Part shown: piece by piece, positions 13,130 to 24,700 of the stretch
Layout: every line of letters begins with the position of its first letter
Numbering within the stretch: position 1 is the first letter of the stretch
Assembly: GCF_963921235.1 (NCBI RefSeq)
Contig: NC_086098.1
Span: 3,348,001-3,412,000, forward strand
Source of the DNA: Mobula hypostoma
Taxonomy: Eukaryota
Direction: 5' to 3'
DNA length: 64,000 bases
Notes under the pieces: generated by a model
Told to the model about the DNA's origin: nothing
What the model saw: only the letters and a program-made list of their open reading frames with translations
Databases searched by the model: none
Made by a program: the position numbers and the translations under genes

Positions 13130-13575
13130 ACACGAGGAATTCTGCAGATGCTGGAAATTCAAGCAACACACATCAAAGTTGCTGGTGAACTCCACCTCCC
13201 CCTCGTACCCCATCCATTATTTATTTATATACACACATTCTTTCTCTCACTCTCCTTTTTCTCCCTCTGTCCCTCTGACTATACCCCTTGCCCATCCTCT
13301 GGGTTCCCCACCCCTTGTCTTTCTTCCCAGACCTCCTGTCCCATGGTCCTCTCATACCCCTTTTGCCAATCAACTGTCCAGCTCTTGGCTCCATCCCTCC
13401 CCCTCCTGTCTTCTCCTATCATTTTGGATCTCCCCCTCCCCCTCCCACTTTCAAATCCTTTACTAACTCTTCCTTCAGTTAGTCCTGACGAGGGGTCTCA
13501 GCCTGAAACGTCGACTGCACCTCTTCCTAGAGATGCTGCCTGGCCTGCTGCGTTCACCAGCAATTTTGATGTGTG
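13130..13575. mobile_element. Non-autonomous Penelope-derived insertion: inverted tail piece (13130-13190) plus sense pseudo-LTR
   Basis: Highly similar to 19965-20380; exact 13-bp TSD ATACTGTATGTCT at 13117-13129 and 13576-13588. Confidence 0.9.
13481..13516 (+). ncRNA. Minimal type I hammerhead ribozyme motif (intact core)
   Basis: AGTC-CTGACGA-GGG gtctcag CCT-GAAA-CGTC-GACT. Confidence 0.83.
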
Positions 13576-14097
13576 ATACTGTATGTCTTCTTGTATAGAA
13601 GGGTGAATTAGATTGACCTTGCGTCCATTGTTCAGTGAAGGTAAATAAACAAAACTCATCTTGTAATTTAAGTGTACCCACAGAAGTAACTGTAAATTGT
13701 TTCCTCAGGTACAAGTGCACTCAGCACACATCTGCTAAAAAAATCAGTAAAAGACAGACAAGAATATCTTAGTCTGAAGAGCTATGTCCCTCCAAGTTTT
13801 CATCCAAATCATCTTGTACATTTCTATCTACATGTACTACACCTTTATGCAGTATTTTGTATTTATCAACTTGAAACAGCATTTGAAATGTCTCTTACAA
13901 TTTGCAAAATGTTATTTAAAATTTTATTTTACAGACCTCGTTCTGTATTCTCTGATTTTAGTGTACTACCTATCTCAATACCAAAGTTAACCTGCAAAGG
14001 ATTAAACTAAGGATTTGTGTCATCTGTTTTGATTGCAAAAATCTAAATTCAAAGTAGATTTAATATCAAAGTACACATATGTCACTATGTACTCCCA

Positions 14098-14725
14098 GGA
14101 GATTCTGCAGCTGTCGGAAATCCAGAGTAACACACAAGAATGCTGGAGGAACTCAACAGGTCAGGCAGCATCTATGGAAAGGAATAAACAGTCAACATTC
14201 TCCGGGACTGATAAGGAAGGGGGAAGAAGGTGGGCGGGAAGGGTAGGAGGACAAGCTAGAAGGTGATGGGTGAAGCCAGTCAGGTGGGGGAGAGGGGGAT
14301 GAGGTGAGAAGGTGGGGGGGGCGGGATGGTGGGGGGGGGGAGGTAAAGGACCGTCGAAGATGGAATCTGATAGCAGAGGAGACCACGGGAAAAGGGAAAG
14401 GAGGGGGGCGCCAGGGAGAGGTGATAGGCAGGTGAGGAAAACAGAAGTAGCGCGAGGGGAACTAGAATAGATAATGGAAAGGAGGAGCTGGAAAATTTAC
14501 CAAAGGTTAGAGAAGTCGATGTTTGTGCCATCAGTTTGGAAGCTACCCAAATGTAATACGAGTGTTGCTCCTCCAACCTGGGAGTGGCCACATCATGGCT
14601 GTAGAGCAGGCCATGAAATGACATGTCAGAACAGGGCTGGGGATTGGAATGAAAATGATTGGCCATTGGGAAATCCTCTCTGTAGATGCTGTCTCACCTG
14701 CTGAGTCCCACCAGTATTTTGTATG
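14098..14725 (-). mobile_element. Older Penelope-like 3' fragment (GIY-YIG C-terminus + pseudo-LTR) with short inverted end
   Basis: Minus translation ANHFHSNPQPCSDMSFHGLLY...RLEEQH matches end of the 18675-19961 protein; degenerate direct repeat TGTCAC(T/C)ATGTACT on both flanks. Confidence 0.8.
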
Positions 14726-15479
14726 TGTCACCATGTACTACCAAGAGATTCATTTTCCTGTCAACTTTGTCAAGTAAGTAAAGACTTACAATAGAATTCA
14801 TGATTTTATTGCATCAGGGACTTGCTGAGACTTTATCTCTTAGTGAGTAGAGAAGAATATCATGACCTTCAAAAGGCGATGCCTCAAAAAGAGAGCATCA
14901 ATCATTGTAGACCCCCACCAACCAGGACGTGCCCTCATCTCATTGCTACCATCAAGGAGAAGGTTTGGAAGCCTGGACACACACTCAATGTTTCAAAAAC
15001 AGCTTCTACACCTCCACCATCAGATTTCACCTGATACTGATTCTGACGCTGACTTAAGCTCAGGTTATTTGTATGTGGCATGTGACAAATTTATATACGG
15101 TTCAGGAACAGCTTCTCCCACTCTGTCATCTGATTCCTGAATGGGCAATGAACATGACCTCACTGGGGGTTTTTCTTCCTGTTTTTTCACTATTTATTTA
15201 TATATATATTTTTTTCTTATTGTGATTTACAGTTTTTTATTATAATGCATTGCAATGTACTGCTGCAAAACAAATTTCATGACACATGTCAGTGATAGTA
15301 AACCTGATTCTGATTCAGACAAGGGCAATACTGAAATTGAGCAAATTGCCTTTTTCACTTCTAGTACATACTGAACTTTCAACAGGAGCTAGGGAGAGAG
15401 TGGGTTAAATTGTTGTGACTTACACATTTCTATACTGTGAATGTATATATGATCAATAGCATGATACAATTGGAGTTTT

Positions 15480-15965
15480 CTACAGGAAAGATGTAAACAA
15501 GGTTGAAAGAGTACAGAGAAAACCTACAAGGATGTCGCTGGGTCTGGAGGACCTGAGTTATAAGGAAAGATTAAATAGGTTAGGACTCTATACTGTATTC
15601 TTTAGAACATTGGAGATTGAGAGGAGATTTAATAGAGGTATAGAAAATTATGAGGGATATAGATAAGCCGGCTTTTTCCCCTGAGGTTGGGTGGGACTAC
15701 AACAAGACATCATGGGTTAAGGGTGAAAGGTGAGAAGTTTAAAGGGAACATGAGGAGTAAACTTCTTTACCCAGAGGGTCGTGAGAGCTGCCAGCAGGCG
15801 AGCTTGATTTCAATGTTTAAGAGAAGGTTGCATGGGTACATGGATGGTCAAGGTATGGAGGGCTGTGATCCTGGTACAGATCGATGGGAGTAGGCAGTTT
15901 AAATGGTTTTGGTACAGAGTAGATGGGCTGAAGAGCCTGTTTCTGTAATGAACTTCTCTATGACT
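15480..15965 (+). mobile_element. CR1 3' fragment
   Basis: RKDVNKVERVQRK..RLRGDLIEV-type sequence. Confidence 0.8.
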
Positions 15966-15993
15966 CTTCATGTTGCAATAATATTGATCGGTA

Positions 15994-16242
15994 GGAAAGG
16001 AAAGGTATGTAGTATTTGGAGTTTCTCTGGTTAGCAGACGATTTCCCTCCACGCCTCTCTGACGTAACCGTGTACGAGGCGAGTTACAGCAGAGGTTTGC
16101 CATTGCCAGGTGAGTTTCCAAAGAGATCACCAGCTCGTAACCCTGCAGGGATGGAAAGCGTGCAGGGGAGCCGGCTGGATTCAAACTCGGGACCTCGCGT
16201 CCCAAAGTCCGGCACTGATGCCACTACACCACCAGTCGGGTC
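15994..16242 (-). mobile_element. tRNA-derived SINE, full length
   Basis: A box TGGTGTAGTGG, B-box-like GAGTTTGAATCC, (CCTTT)n tail; exact 11-bp TSD ATTGATCGGTA at 15983-15993 and 16243-16253. Confidence 0.85.
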
Positions 16243-16339
16243 ATTGATCGGTATGTTCTGCAAAAACAGTAACACGTGCAATCAAATTACAACTTGTCAT
16301 TCTGCAACAAGGTGCTTCTACAGGGGGGTGTCATCTTAA

Positions 16340-17307
16340 GACGATTGGAGCAAAGTATAAGAGGGATAGCAGATGCAAGATTTTTTTAAAACAGAGAATG
16401 GCAAGCACATGGAATGCCCTGCCAGACTGATGGTAGAGGCAAATGCATTACAGACATTTAAGAATATCAAATATTGAAAGATCTAGGTGGAGTGGATGTC
16501 TCCCATAATGGGGGAGTCTAGGACCAGAGGGCACAGCCTCAGAATAGAAGGGATTCCTTTAGAACAGAGATGAGGAAGAATAACTTTAGCCAGAGGGTGC
16601 TGAATCTGTGGATTTCATTGCTATAGTCATTAGGTATATTTAAAGTGGAAGTTGATAGGATCTTGATTAGTCAGGGCATCGAAGGTTATGGGGAGAAGAC
16701 AAGAGAAAGGATGATAAATTTAATGTGACGGAATGGTGATGGAGATGTGATGGGCCAAATGGCCTCATTCTTCTCCTATCTCTTCTGGCCTTAAGAGACT
16801 CTTAAATCAACAAATTGGTGGAAGAAAATTTGGGGGCTCTGCTGGAAGGAAGGGTGAGAATAATCTTAGAGTAGGTTAAAGCTGCGGAGGACACGTTGAA
16901 GGCATTTCGAGAGTTTTCTTTATTATAAAACTCAAAAATAATGTGGCTTATTAAAACCTATCAAATGGTGAAAGACCTTGATAGACTGAATGTGGAGGGG
17001 ATGTTTCCTATAGTGGGAGCATCTAAGACTGGAGGCCTCGGCTTCAGATTAGAGGGGCAGCCTTATAGAATGGAGATGAGGATGAATTTCTTTCACCAGG
17101 CTTCAGTGAATCTGTGGAACTCGTTGCAGCTGTGGAGGACAACTTATTATGTATATTTAAGGCAAAGCTTGTGAGATTCTTGATTGGTCAGGACATGAAG
17201 GGAGGAGATCGGGGCTGAGAGGGGAAAATGGATCAGCTTTGCTGAAATGGTGGAGCAGACTCAATGAGCCAAATGGCCTAATTCTGCTCCTACATCTTAT
17301 AGTCTTA
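16340..17307 (+). mobile_element. Cluster of CR1 3' fragments
   Basis: Repeated NFF..VNLWNSL blocks and CR1 3' UTRs. Confidence 0.75.
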
Positions 17308-17322
17308 TTTAAGATTCCGTTC

Positions 17323-17515
17323 CACACATCAAAGTTGCTGGTGAACGCAGCAGGCCAGGCAGCATCTCTAGGAAGAGGTAAGACCAGTCCTGATGAAGGG
17401 TCTCGGCCTGAACGTCGTCTGTACCTCTTCCTAGAGATGCTGCCTGGCCTGCTGTGTTCACCAGCAACTTTGATGTGTGTTGCTTGAATTTCCAGCATCT
17501 GCAGAATTCCTCGTG
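17323..17515. mobile_element. Fold-back Penelope-derived mini element with decayed hammerhead motif in its loop
   Basis: Arms 17323-17380 and 17421-17478 are near-perfect inverted repeats; loop 17386-17420 AGTC-CTGATGA-AGG..CCT-GAA-CGTC (one A of GAAA lost); imperfect TSD TTTAAGATT(C)CGTTC / TTTAAGATTTCAGTTC. Confidence 0.88.
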
Positions 17516-17829
17516 TTTAAGATTTCAGTTCAGTATCTTTGACTCTGCCTGACTGAGCAAACTCTGGGTTTAATCATTACTTCAACAAAGAGGACAGAAT
17601 TGGGGCCGACACTCAGATGCAATATGAAAGACTTGCCGCACTGCTTGAAGAACCCCCATTTGTCAACTTAAATGTTTTGACCTTTCTTCAAAGGAGTTGT
17701 GAAATGTGAACTCTGCCTCTGTTTTGATGGATGCTGATTGAATTTCCAGAAATTCAAGGCCATTTATCTCTTTGCTGTTTGAATCACCGTCAGATTTATT
17801 ATCACTGAATGAGATGACGTAATATTTGG

Positions 17830-18010
17830 ACACAAGAGATTCTGAAGATGCTGGAATTCCAGAGCAAAGTGCACAAAATGCTGGAGGAACATAGCAGGTC
17901 AGACAGCATCTATGGAGGAATACAAAAAATCAATATTTTGGACTGACATGAAATATTAATTGTTTATTTCCCTGCACAGATGCTCCCTGACCTGCTGAGC
18001 GCCTCCATCA
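17830..18010. mobile_element. Older fold-back Penelope-derived fragment
   Basis: Tail CAAGAGATTCTGAAGATGCTGG...AGCAGGTCAGACAGCATCT and inverted AGATGCTCCCTGACCTGCTGAG. Confidence 0.7.
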
Positions 18011-18263
18011 CTTCAAGTTTGAGTTTATTGTCATTTGTCCTTATACATTTACACTGCCAAACGAAACAAAGCTCTTCCAAACCAAGGTGCGTAACAGTGC
18101 ACGTAACTCACACACACAACTCATAAATAATATTACCACAAATAAATTAATGAATAATAAGGCGAATTTACGATGCAAGTTTAAAAGTAAACAGTATAAT
18201 GCTATTTACATCAAAGTTGCCGGTGAACACAGCAGGCCAAGCAGCATCTATAGGAAGAGGCGC

Positions 18264-18299
18264 AGTCGACGTTTCAGGCCAAGACCCTTCGTCAGGACT
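18264..18299 (-). ncRNA. Minimal type I hammerhead ribozyme motif (intact core)
   Basis: Minus strand AGTC-CTGACGA-AGG gtcttgg CCT-GAAA-CGTC-GACT: stem I AGTC/GACT, CUGANGA, stem II, GAAA, palindromic ACGU stem III, GUC site. Confidence 0.85.
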
Positions 18300-18674
18300 A
18301 ACTGAAGGAAGAGTGCGTAAGGGATTTGAAAGTTGGAGGGGGAGGGGGAGATCCAAAATGATAGGAGAAGACAGGAGGGGGAGGGATAGAGCCAAGAGCT
18401 GGACAGGTGATAGGCAAAAGGGGATACGAGAGGATCATGGGACAGGAGGTCCGGGAAGAAAGACAAGGGGGGGGGGTGACCCAGAGGATGGGCAAGAGGT
18501 ATATTCAGAGGGACAGAGGGAGAAAAAGGAGAGTGAGAGAAAGAATGTGTGCATAAAAATGAGTAACAGATGGGGTACGAGGGGGAGGTGGGGCCTTAGC
18601 GGAAGTTAGAGAAGTCGATGTTCATGCCGTCAGGTTGGAGGCTACCCAGACGGAATATAAGGTGTTGTTCCTCC

Positions 18675-19961
18675 AGACCTAATCAGTTCCCCTCTACCAC
18701 CACTCTGCTCCGTCTAGCAGAATTAGTCCTTACTCTTAATAATTTCTCCTTTTGCTCCTCCCATTTCCTCCAAACTAAAGGTGTAGCTATGGGCACCCGT
18801 ATGGGTCCTAGCTATGCCTGCCTTTTTGTTGGGTTTGTGGAACAATCTATGTTCCGTGCCTATTCTGGTATCTGTCCCCCACTTTTCCTTCGCTACATCG
18901 ACGACTACATTGGCGCTGCTTCCTGCACGCATGCAGAACTCGTTGACTTTATTAACTTTGCCTCCAACTTTCACCCTGCCCTCAAGTTTACCTGGTCCAT
19001 TTCTGACACCTCCCTCCCCTTTCTAGATCTTTCTGTCTCTGTCTCTGGAGACAGCTTATCCACTGATGTCTACTATAAGCCTACTGACTCTCACAGCTAT
19101 CTGGACTATTCCTCTTCTCACCCTGTCTCTCGCAAAAACGCCTTCCCCTTCTCGCAATTCCTCCGTCTCCACCGCATCTGCTCTCAGGATGAGGCTTTTC
19201 ATTCTAGGACGAGGGAGATGTCTTCATTTTTTAAAGAAAGGGGCTTCCCTTCCTCCACTATCAACTCTGCTCTTAAACGCATCTCCCCCATTTCACGTAC
19301 ATCTGCTCTCACTCCATCCTCCCACCACCCCACTAGGAATAGGGTTCCCCTGGTCCTCACCTACCACCCCACCAGCCTCCAGGTCCAACATATTATTCTC
19401 CGTAACTTCCGCCACCTCCAACGGGATCCCACCACTAAGCACATCTTTCCCTCCCCACCTCTCTCTGCATTCTGCAGGGATCGCTCCCTACACAACTCCC
19501 TTGTCCATTCGTCCCCCCCATCCCTCCTCACTGATCTCCCTCCTGGCACTTATCCGTGTAAGCGGAACAAGTGCTACACATGCCCTAACACTTCCTCCCT
19601 TACCACCATTCAGGGCCCCAAACAGTCCTTCCAGGTGAGGCATCACTTCACCTGTGAGTCGACTGGGGTGATATACTGCGTCCGGTGCTCCCGATGTGGC
19701 CTTTTATATATTGGTGAGACCCGATGCAGACTGGGAGACCGCTTTGCTGAACATCTACGCTCTGTCCGCCAGAGAAAGCAGGATCTCCCAGTGGCCACAC
19801 ATTTTAATTCCACATCCCATTCCCATTCTGACATGTCTATCCACGGCCTCCTCTACTGTAAAGATGAAGCCACACTCAGGTTGGAGGAACAACACCTTAT
19901 ATTCCGTCTGGGTAGCCTCCAACCTGATGGCATGAACATCGGCTTCTCTAACTTCCGCTAA
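18675..19961 (+). CDS. Partial Penelope-like reverse transcriptase + GIY-YIG endonuclease (N-terminus missing; first ~19 codons of track ORF 18618-19961 come from the inverted repeat)
   Basis: QTKGVAMGTRMGPSYA, RYIDD, LPFLD, TDVYYKPT RT motifs; Cys linker CKRNKCYTC; VIYCVRCSRCGLLYIGET...RFAEH...E...GMN endonuclease motifs; no stop or frameshift over ~428 codons. Confidence 0.92.
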   Translation, partial: RPNQFPSTTTLLRLAELVLTLNNFSFCSSHFLQTKGVAMGTRMGPSYACLFVGFVEQSMFRAYSGICPPLFLRYIDDYIGAASCTHAELVDFINFASNFHPALKFTWSISDTSLPFLDLSVSVSGDSLSTDVYYKPTDSHSYLDYSSSHPVSRKNAFPFSQFLRLHRICSQDEAFHSRTREMSSFFKERGFPSSTINSALKRISPISRTSALTPSSHHPTRNRVPLVLTYHPTSLQVQHIILRNFRHLQRDPTTKHIFPSPPLSAFCRDRSLHNSLVHSSPPSLLTDLPPGTYPCKRNKCYTCPNTSSLTTIQGPKQSFQVRHHFTCESTGVIYCVRCSRCGLLYIGETRCRLGDRFAEHLRSVRQRKQDLPVATHFNSTSHSHSDMSIHGLLYCKDEATLRLEEQHLIFRLGSLQPDGMNIGFSNFR

Positions 19962-20256
19962 GGCCCCACCTCCCCCTCGTACCCCATCTGTTACTCATTT
20001 TTATGCACACATTCTTTCTCTCACTCTCCTTTTTCTCCCTCTGTCCCTCTGAATATACCTTTTGCCCATCCTCTGGGTCACCCCCCCCCTTGTCTTTCTT
20101 CCCGGACCTCCTGTCCCATGATCCTCTCGTATCCCCTTTTGCCTATCACCCGTCCAGCTCTCGGCTCTATCCCTCCCCCTCCTGTCTTCTCCTATCATTT
20201 TGCATCTCCCCCTCCCCCTCCAGCTTTCAAATCCCTTACTCACTCTTCCTTCAGTT

Positions 20257-20292
20257 AGACCTGACGAAGGGTCTCGGCCTGAAACGTCGACT
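20257..20292 (+). ncRNA. Minimal type I hammerhead ribozyme motif (one stem I mismatch)
   Basis: AGAC-CTGACGA-AGG gtctcgg CCT-GAAA-CGTC-GACT in the PLE 3' repeat. Confidence 0.8.
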
Positions 20293-20559
20293 GCGCCTCT
20301 TCCTATAGATGCTGCTTGGCCTGCTGCAACTTTGATGTATGTTGCTTGAATTTCCAGCATCTGCAGAATTCCTGTTGTTTGAGTATAATGCTATTGGTGC
20401 TTCATATGTGATGAGACCTGAGTGGTAGTAGAGAGTTTAGCAATCTCATGCCCTGGGGCAAAAAGCTGTTTCCTTTTAACTGTCCTTGTCCTAATGCTAC
20501 AACACCTCCTGCCGGATGGTAGTGGGTCATAGAGACTATTTACTTATACTTTATCTAAT

Positions 20560-20810
20560 TTAAAGATACAGTGTGAAACAGAGCCTTCCAGTGCAAAAAG
20601 TCACATGGCCCAACAACCCAGGTATTTAACCCTAGCCTAATCATAGATCAATTTACAATAACCAATTAACCTGCTAACTGGAATGTCTTTAGAATGTGGG
20701 AGGAAATCGGGACACTTGAGGAAACCCACGCAGTCACAGGGAGAAGGTACAAACTCCTCGTAGATGGCACCGGAATTGAACTCCAAACTCAGATATCCCA
20801 AGCTGTAATA
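20560..20810 (-). mobile_element. HE1/V-type SINE
   Basis: TGTGGGAGGAAATCGGGACACTTGAGGAAACCCACGCAGTCACAGGGAGAAGGTACAAACTCC. Confidence 0.75.
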
Positions 20811-21768
20811 TGATTGGAGAAATAGAATGTGATGGGAGTGAAGAAATTTGTTGTTTTGCCACAGCACGACAGCAGAAAGGCTCAAAATGACTAGTAATAA
20901 CAAATATAAATAGATGGTGCAAAGAAAAAGAAATAACAAGGTAGAATTGATGGATAATTCAGAAATCTAATAGCAGAGGGAAAAAGTTATTCAATTGATA
21001 TTCCGTGCCTCATTGACAACTGTAAAGATGTTACAAGGTTCAATAGATTCTGCATAATATTGAATTCAGATCTCTGGCAGATCCAGTTCTTAATATCACA
21101 GTAATATTAAACCAGGTCACTAGATTTGATTCAAACTACAGACAAAAGTACGTACTTTTGGATTCCCTCTCTGAACAACATATATTCATTCATCAATTTA
21201 CAGGGAAATTTTAAAGATATTAAGGAAAACCTAATGAAAAAGTTTGATTTTGATTTGATACTGCACCTTTCCTGTCTTGTTCAGAATGGCGCAAGTTACT
21301 TCAGAGACAAGGAAACATTTTTCAACGTGTTCCTATACGGGTAACCTGGTAATTACTTTGTCTAGTGCAGAGATTCCCTGGGGTCCACGAACCCCCTGCA
21401 TAATGGCAAAATATTTGTTGGTCCATGGCATAAAAACAGCTTGGTACCCCCAGGTATACCATAATATGATACCAACACTAGGGACAATTAACATCCAGGA
21501 CATTGCACATAACTCCTCAAAAGAATATTACCAACCACCCAGGTTATTGTTTAAAGATTAAAGATGAAATGGTTAATTTTGTCTCTCACCATATACATGG
21601 ATCTAAACAGTGCAATATGTCATTTGAGTAAATGTCGAACACACTCCGAGAATGCGCTGGGGCAGCCCACAAGTGCCAACATAGCATGCACACAATCTAC
21701 TAACCCTAAACCGTATGTGCGTTTAGAATGTGGGAAGAAACCAGAGCACCCGGAGAAAACCCATTTAG

Positions 21769-24700
21769 AAACATACAAACATAGAAAACCTACAGCACAA
21801 TACAGGCCCTTTGGCCAACAATGCTGAGCAGAACATGTACTTACGTTAGAAATTACCTAGGATTACCCATGGCCTTCTATCTTTTGAAGCTCCATGTACC
21901 TATCCAGGAGTCTCTTGAAAGATCCTATTGTATCCGCCTCCACCACCATCACCAGCAGTCCATTCCACACACTCACCACTCTCTGCGTAAAAAACTTACC
22001 CCTGACATCTCCTCTGTACCTACTTCCAAGTTACCCTTGACATCTCCTCTGTACCTACTACCTTAAAACTGTGCCCTCTCCTGGTAGCCATTTCAGTCCT
22101 GGGAAAAAGCCTCTGACTATCCACATGATCAATGTCTCTCATCATCTTATACACCTCTATCAGGTCATCTCCCATTCTCCGCCGCTTCAAGGAGAAAAGA
22201 GCGAGTTCGCTCAACCTATCCTCATAAGGAATGCTCCCCAATCCAGGCAACATCCTTGTAAATCTCCTCTGCACCCTTTCTATGGCTTCCACATCCTTCC
22301 TGTAGTGAGACAGCCAGAACTGAGCATCGTACTCCAAGTGGGGTCTGACCAGGGTCCTATATAGCTGCAACATTACCTCTCGGCTCCTAAATTCAATTCC
22401 ACGATTGATGAAGGCCAATACACTGTATGCCTTCTTAACCACAGAGTCAACCTGCGCAGCTGCTTTGAGCATCCTATGAACTCGGACCCCAAGATCCCTC
22501 TGATCTTCCACACTGCCAAGAGTCTTACCAGTAATACTATATTCTGCCATCATATTTGACCTACCAAAACGAACCACTTCACACTTATCTGGGTTGAACT
22601 CCATCTGCCACTTCTCAGCTCAGTTTTGAATCCTATCAATGTCCAGCTGTAACTTCTGACAGCCCTCCACACTACCCACAACACCCTCAACCTTTATGTC
22701 ATCAGCAAACTTACTAACCCATCCCACCACTTCTTCATCTAGGTCATTTATAAAAATCACGAAGAGTAAGGGTCCCAGAACAGATCCCTGAGGCACACCA
22801 CTGGTCACCGGCCTCCATGCAGAATATGACCTGTCTACAACCACTCTTTGCCTTCTGTGGGCAAGCCAGTTCTGGATCCACAAAGCAATGTCCCCTTGGA
22901 TCTCATGTCTCCTTATTTTCTCAATAAGCCTTGCACGGGGTACCTTATCAAATGCCTTGCTGAAATCTATATACACTACATCTACGGCTCTACCTTCATC
23001 AATGTGCTTAGTCATATCCTCAAAAAATTCAATCAGGCTCGTAAGGCATGACCTGCCTTTGACAAAGCCATACTGACCATTCCTAATCATATTATGCCTT
23101 TCCAAATGTTCATAAATCCTGCCTCTCAGGATCTTCCCCATCAACTTACCAACCACTAAAGAAAGACTCACTGGTCTATAATTTCATGGGCTATCCCTAC
23201 TCTCTTTCTTGAATAAGGGAACAACATCTGCAACCCCACCCCCCAATCCTCCGGACCCTCTCCCGTCTCCATTGATGATGCAAAGATTATTGCCAGAGGC
23301 TCAGCAATCTCCTCCCTCACCTCCCACAGTAGTCTGGGGTACATCCCGTCCGGTCCCAGAGACTTATCCAACCTGATGCTTTCCAAAAGTTCCAGCACAT
23401 CCTCTTTCTTAATGTCTATATGCTCAAGATTTTCAATCCACTGTAAGTCATCCCTACAATCACCAAGATCCTTTTCTGTAGTGAATACTGAAGCAAAGTA
23501 TTCATTAAGTACCTCACTGTCACACTTGATTGGTCCTATTCTCTCACGTCTTATCCTCTTGCTCTTCACATAATTGTAGAATGCCTTGGGGTTTTCTTTA
23601 ACCCTGCTCACCAAGGCCTTCTCATGGCCCCTTCTGGCTCTCTTAATTTCATTCTTAAAATCCTTCCTGCTAGCCTTATAATCTTTTAGATCTCTATTAT
23701 CACCTAGTTTTTTGAACCTTTCATAAGCTTTTCTTTTCTTCTTGACTAGATTTTCAACAGCCTTTGTACACCACGGTTTCTGAACCCTACCATCCTTTCC
23801 CTGTCTCATTGGAACGTACCAATGCAGCACACCTCACAAATATCCCCTGAAGATTTGTCAGATTTCTGCCGTACATTTCCCTGAGAAAATCTGTTCCCAA
23901 TTTATGATTCCAAGTTCTTAACTGATAGCTTCATATTTCCCCTTACTCCAATTGAACACTTTCCTTACCTGTCTGTTCCCATCCCTCTCCAATGCTCTGG
24001 TAAAGGAGATAGAATTGTACTCTTCCACTGAGAGACCTGACACCTGAACAGGTTCGTTTCCCAATACCAGATCGAGTACAGCCTCTCCTCTTGTTAGCTT
24101 ATCATATATTGTGTCAGGAAACCTTCCTGATCACACATAACAAACTCAACCCCATCTAAACCCTTCACCCTATGGAGATGCCAATCAATATTTGGGAAAT
24201 TAAATCTCCCACCACGACAACCCTGCTATTACACCTTTCCAGAATCTGTCTCCCTATCAAATACCATCTATAAACTTGCTGACGATACAACCATTGTTGG
24301 TAGAATCTCAGGTGGTGATGAGAGGGTGTACAGGAGAGGGATATGCCAACTAGTGCCGCAGCAACAACCTGGCAGTCAATGTCAGTAAGACGAAAGAGCT
24401 GATTGTGGACTTCAAGAAGGGTAAGACGAAGGAACACATACCAATCCTCAGAGGGATCAGAATTGGAGAGAGTGAGCAGTTTCAATTTCTTGGATGTCAA
24501 GATCTCTGAGGATCTAACCTGGTCCCAATATATCAATGTAGTAATAAAGAAGGCAAGACAGTGGCTATGCTTTATTAGGAGTTTGAAGAGATTTGGCATG
24601 TCAACAAATACACTCAAAAACTTCTATAGTTGTACCGTGGAGAGCATTCTGACAGGCTGCATCACTGTCTGGTATAGAGGGGCTACTGCACAGGACTGAA

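Larger units (their letters stand above)
18207..20381 (+). mobile_element. Penelope-like retroelement (probably Neptune-type), 5'-truncated, preceded by an inverted copy of its own 3' end (pseudo-LTR)
   Basis: 18207-18675 is the reverse complement of about 19882-20339; exact 14-bp TSD AGTATAATGCTATT at 18193-18206 and 20382-20395; internal RT + GIY-YIG ORF; hammerhead motif in both arms. Confidence 0.93.

Noticed and set aside
13034..13576. 180-aa ORF and recurring MLEIQATHIKVAGE peptides
   Set aside because: Chance translations of the Penelope tail and pseudo-LTR
13660..13735. Minus-strand acceptor with short frame CVLSALVPEETIYSYFCGYT*
   Set aside because: Too short, unrecognised, unsupported
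16170..16242. Functional tRNA gene (also 44280-44349)
   Set aside because: tRNA-like heads continue into SINE bodies with tails and TSDs; no complete cloverleaf evident
18618..18674. ATG start of the 447-aa ORF as a true N-terminus
   Set aside because: Lies in the inverted pseudo-LTR; early RT motifs are missing, so the protein is incomplete
21285..21340. 56-nt plus-strand exon candidate
   Set aside because: Weak donor (GTAACC), no recognisable peptide
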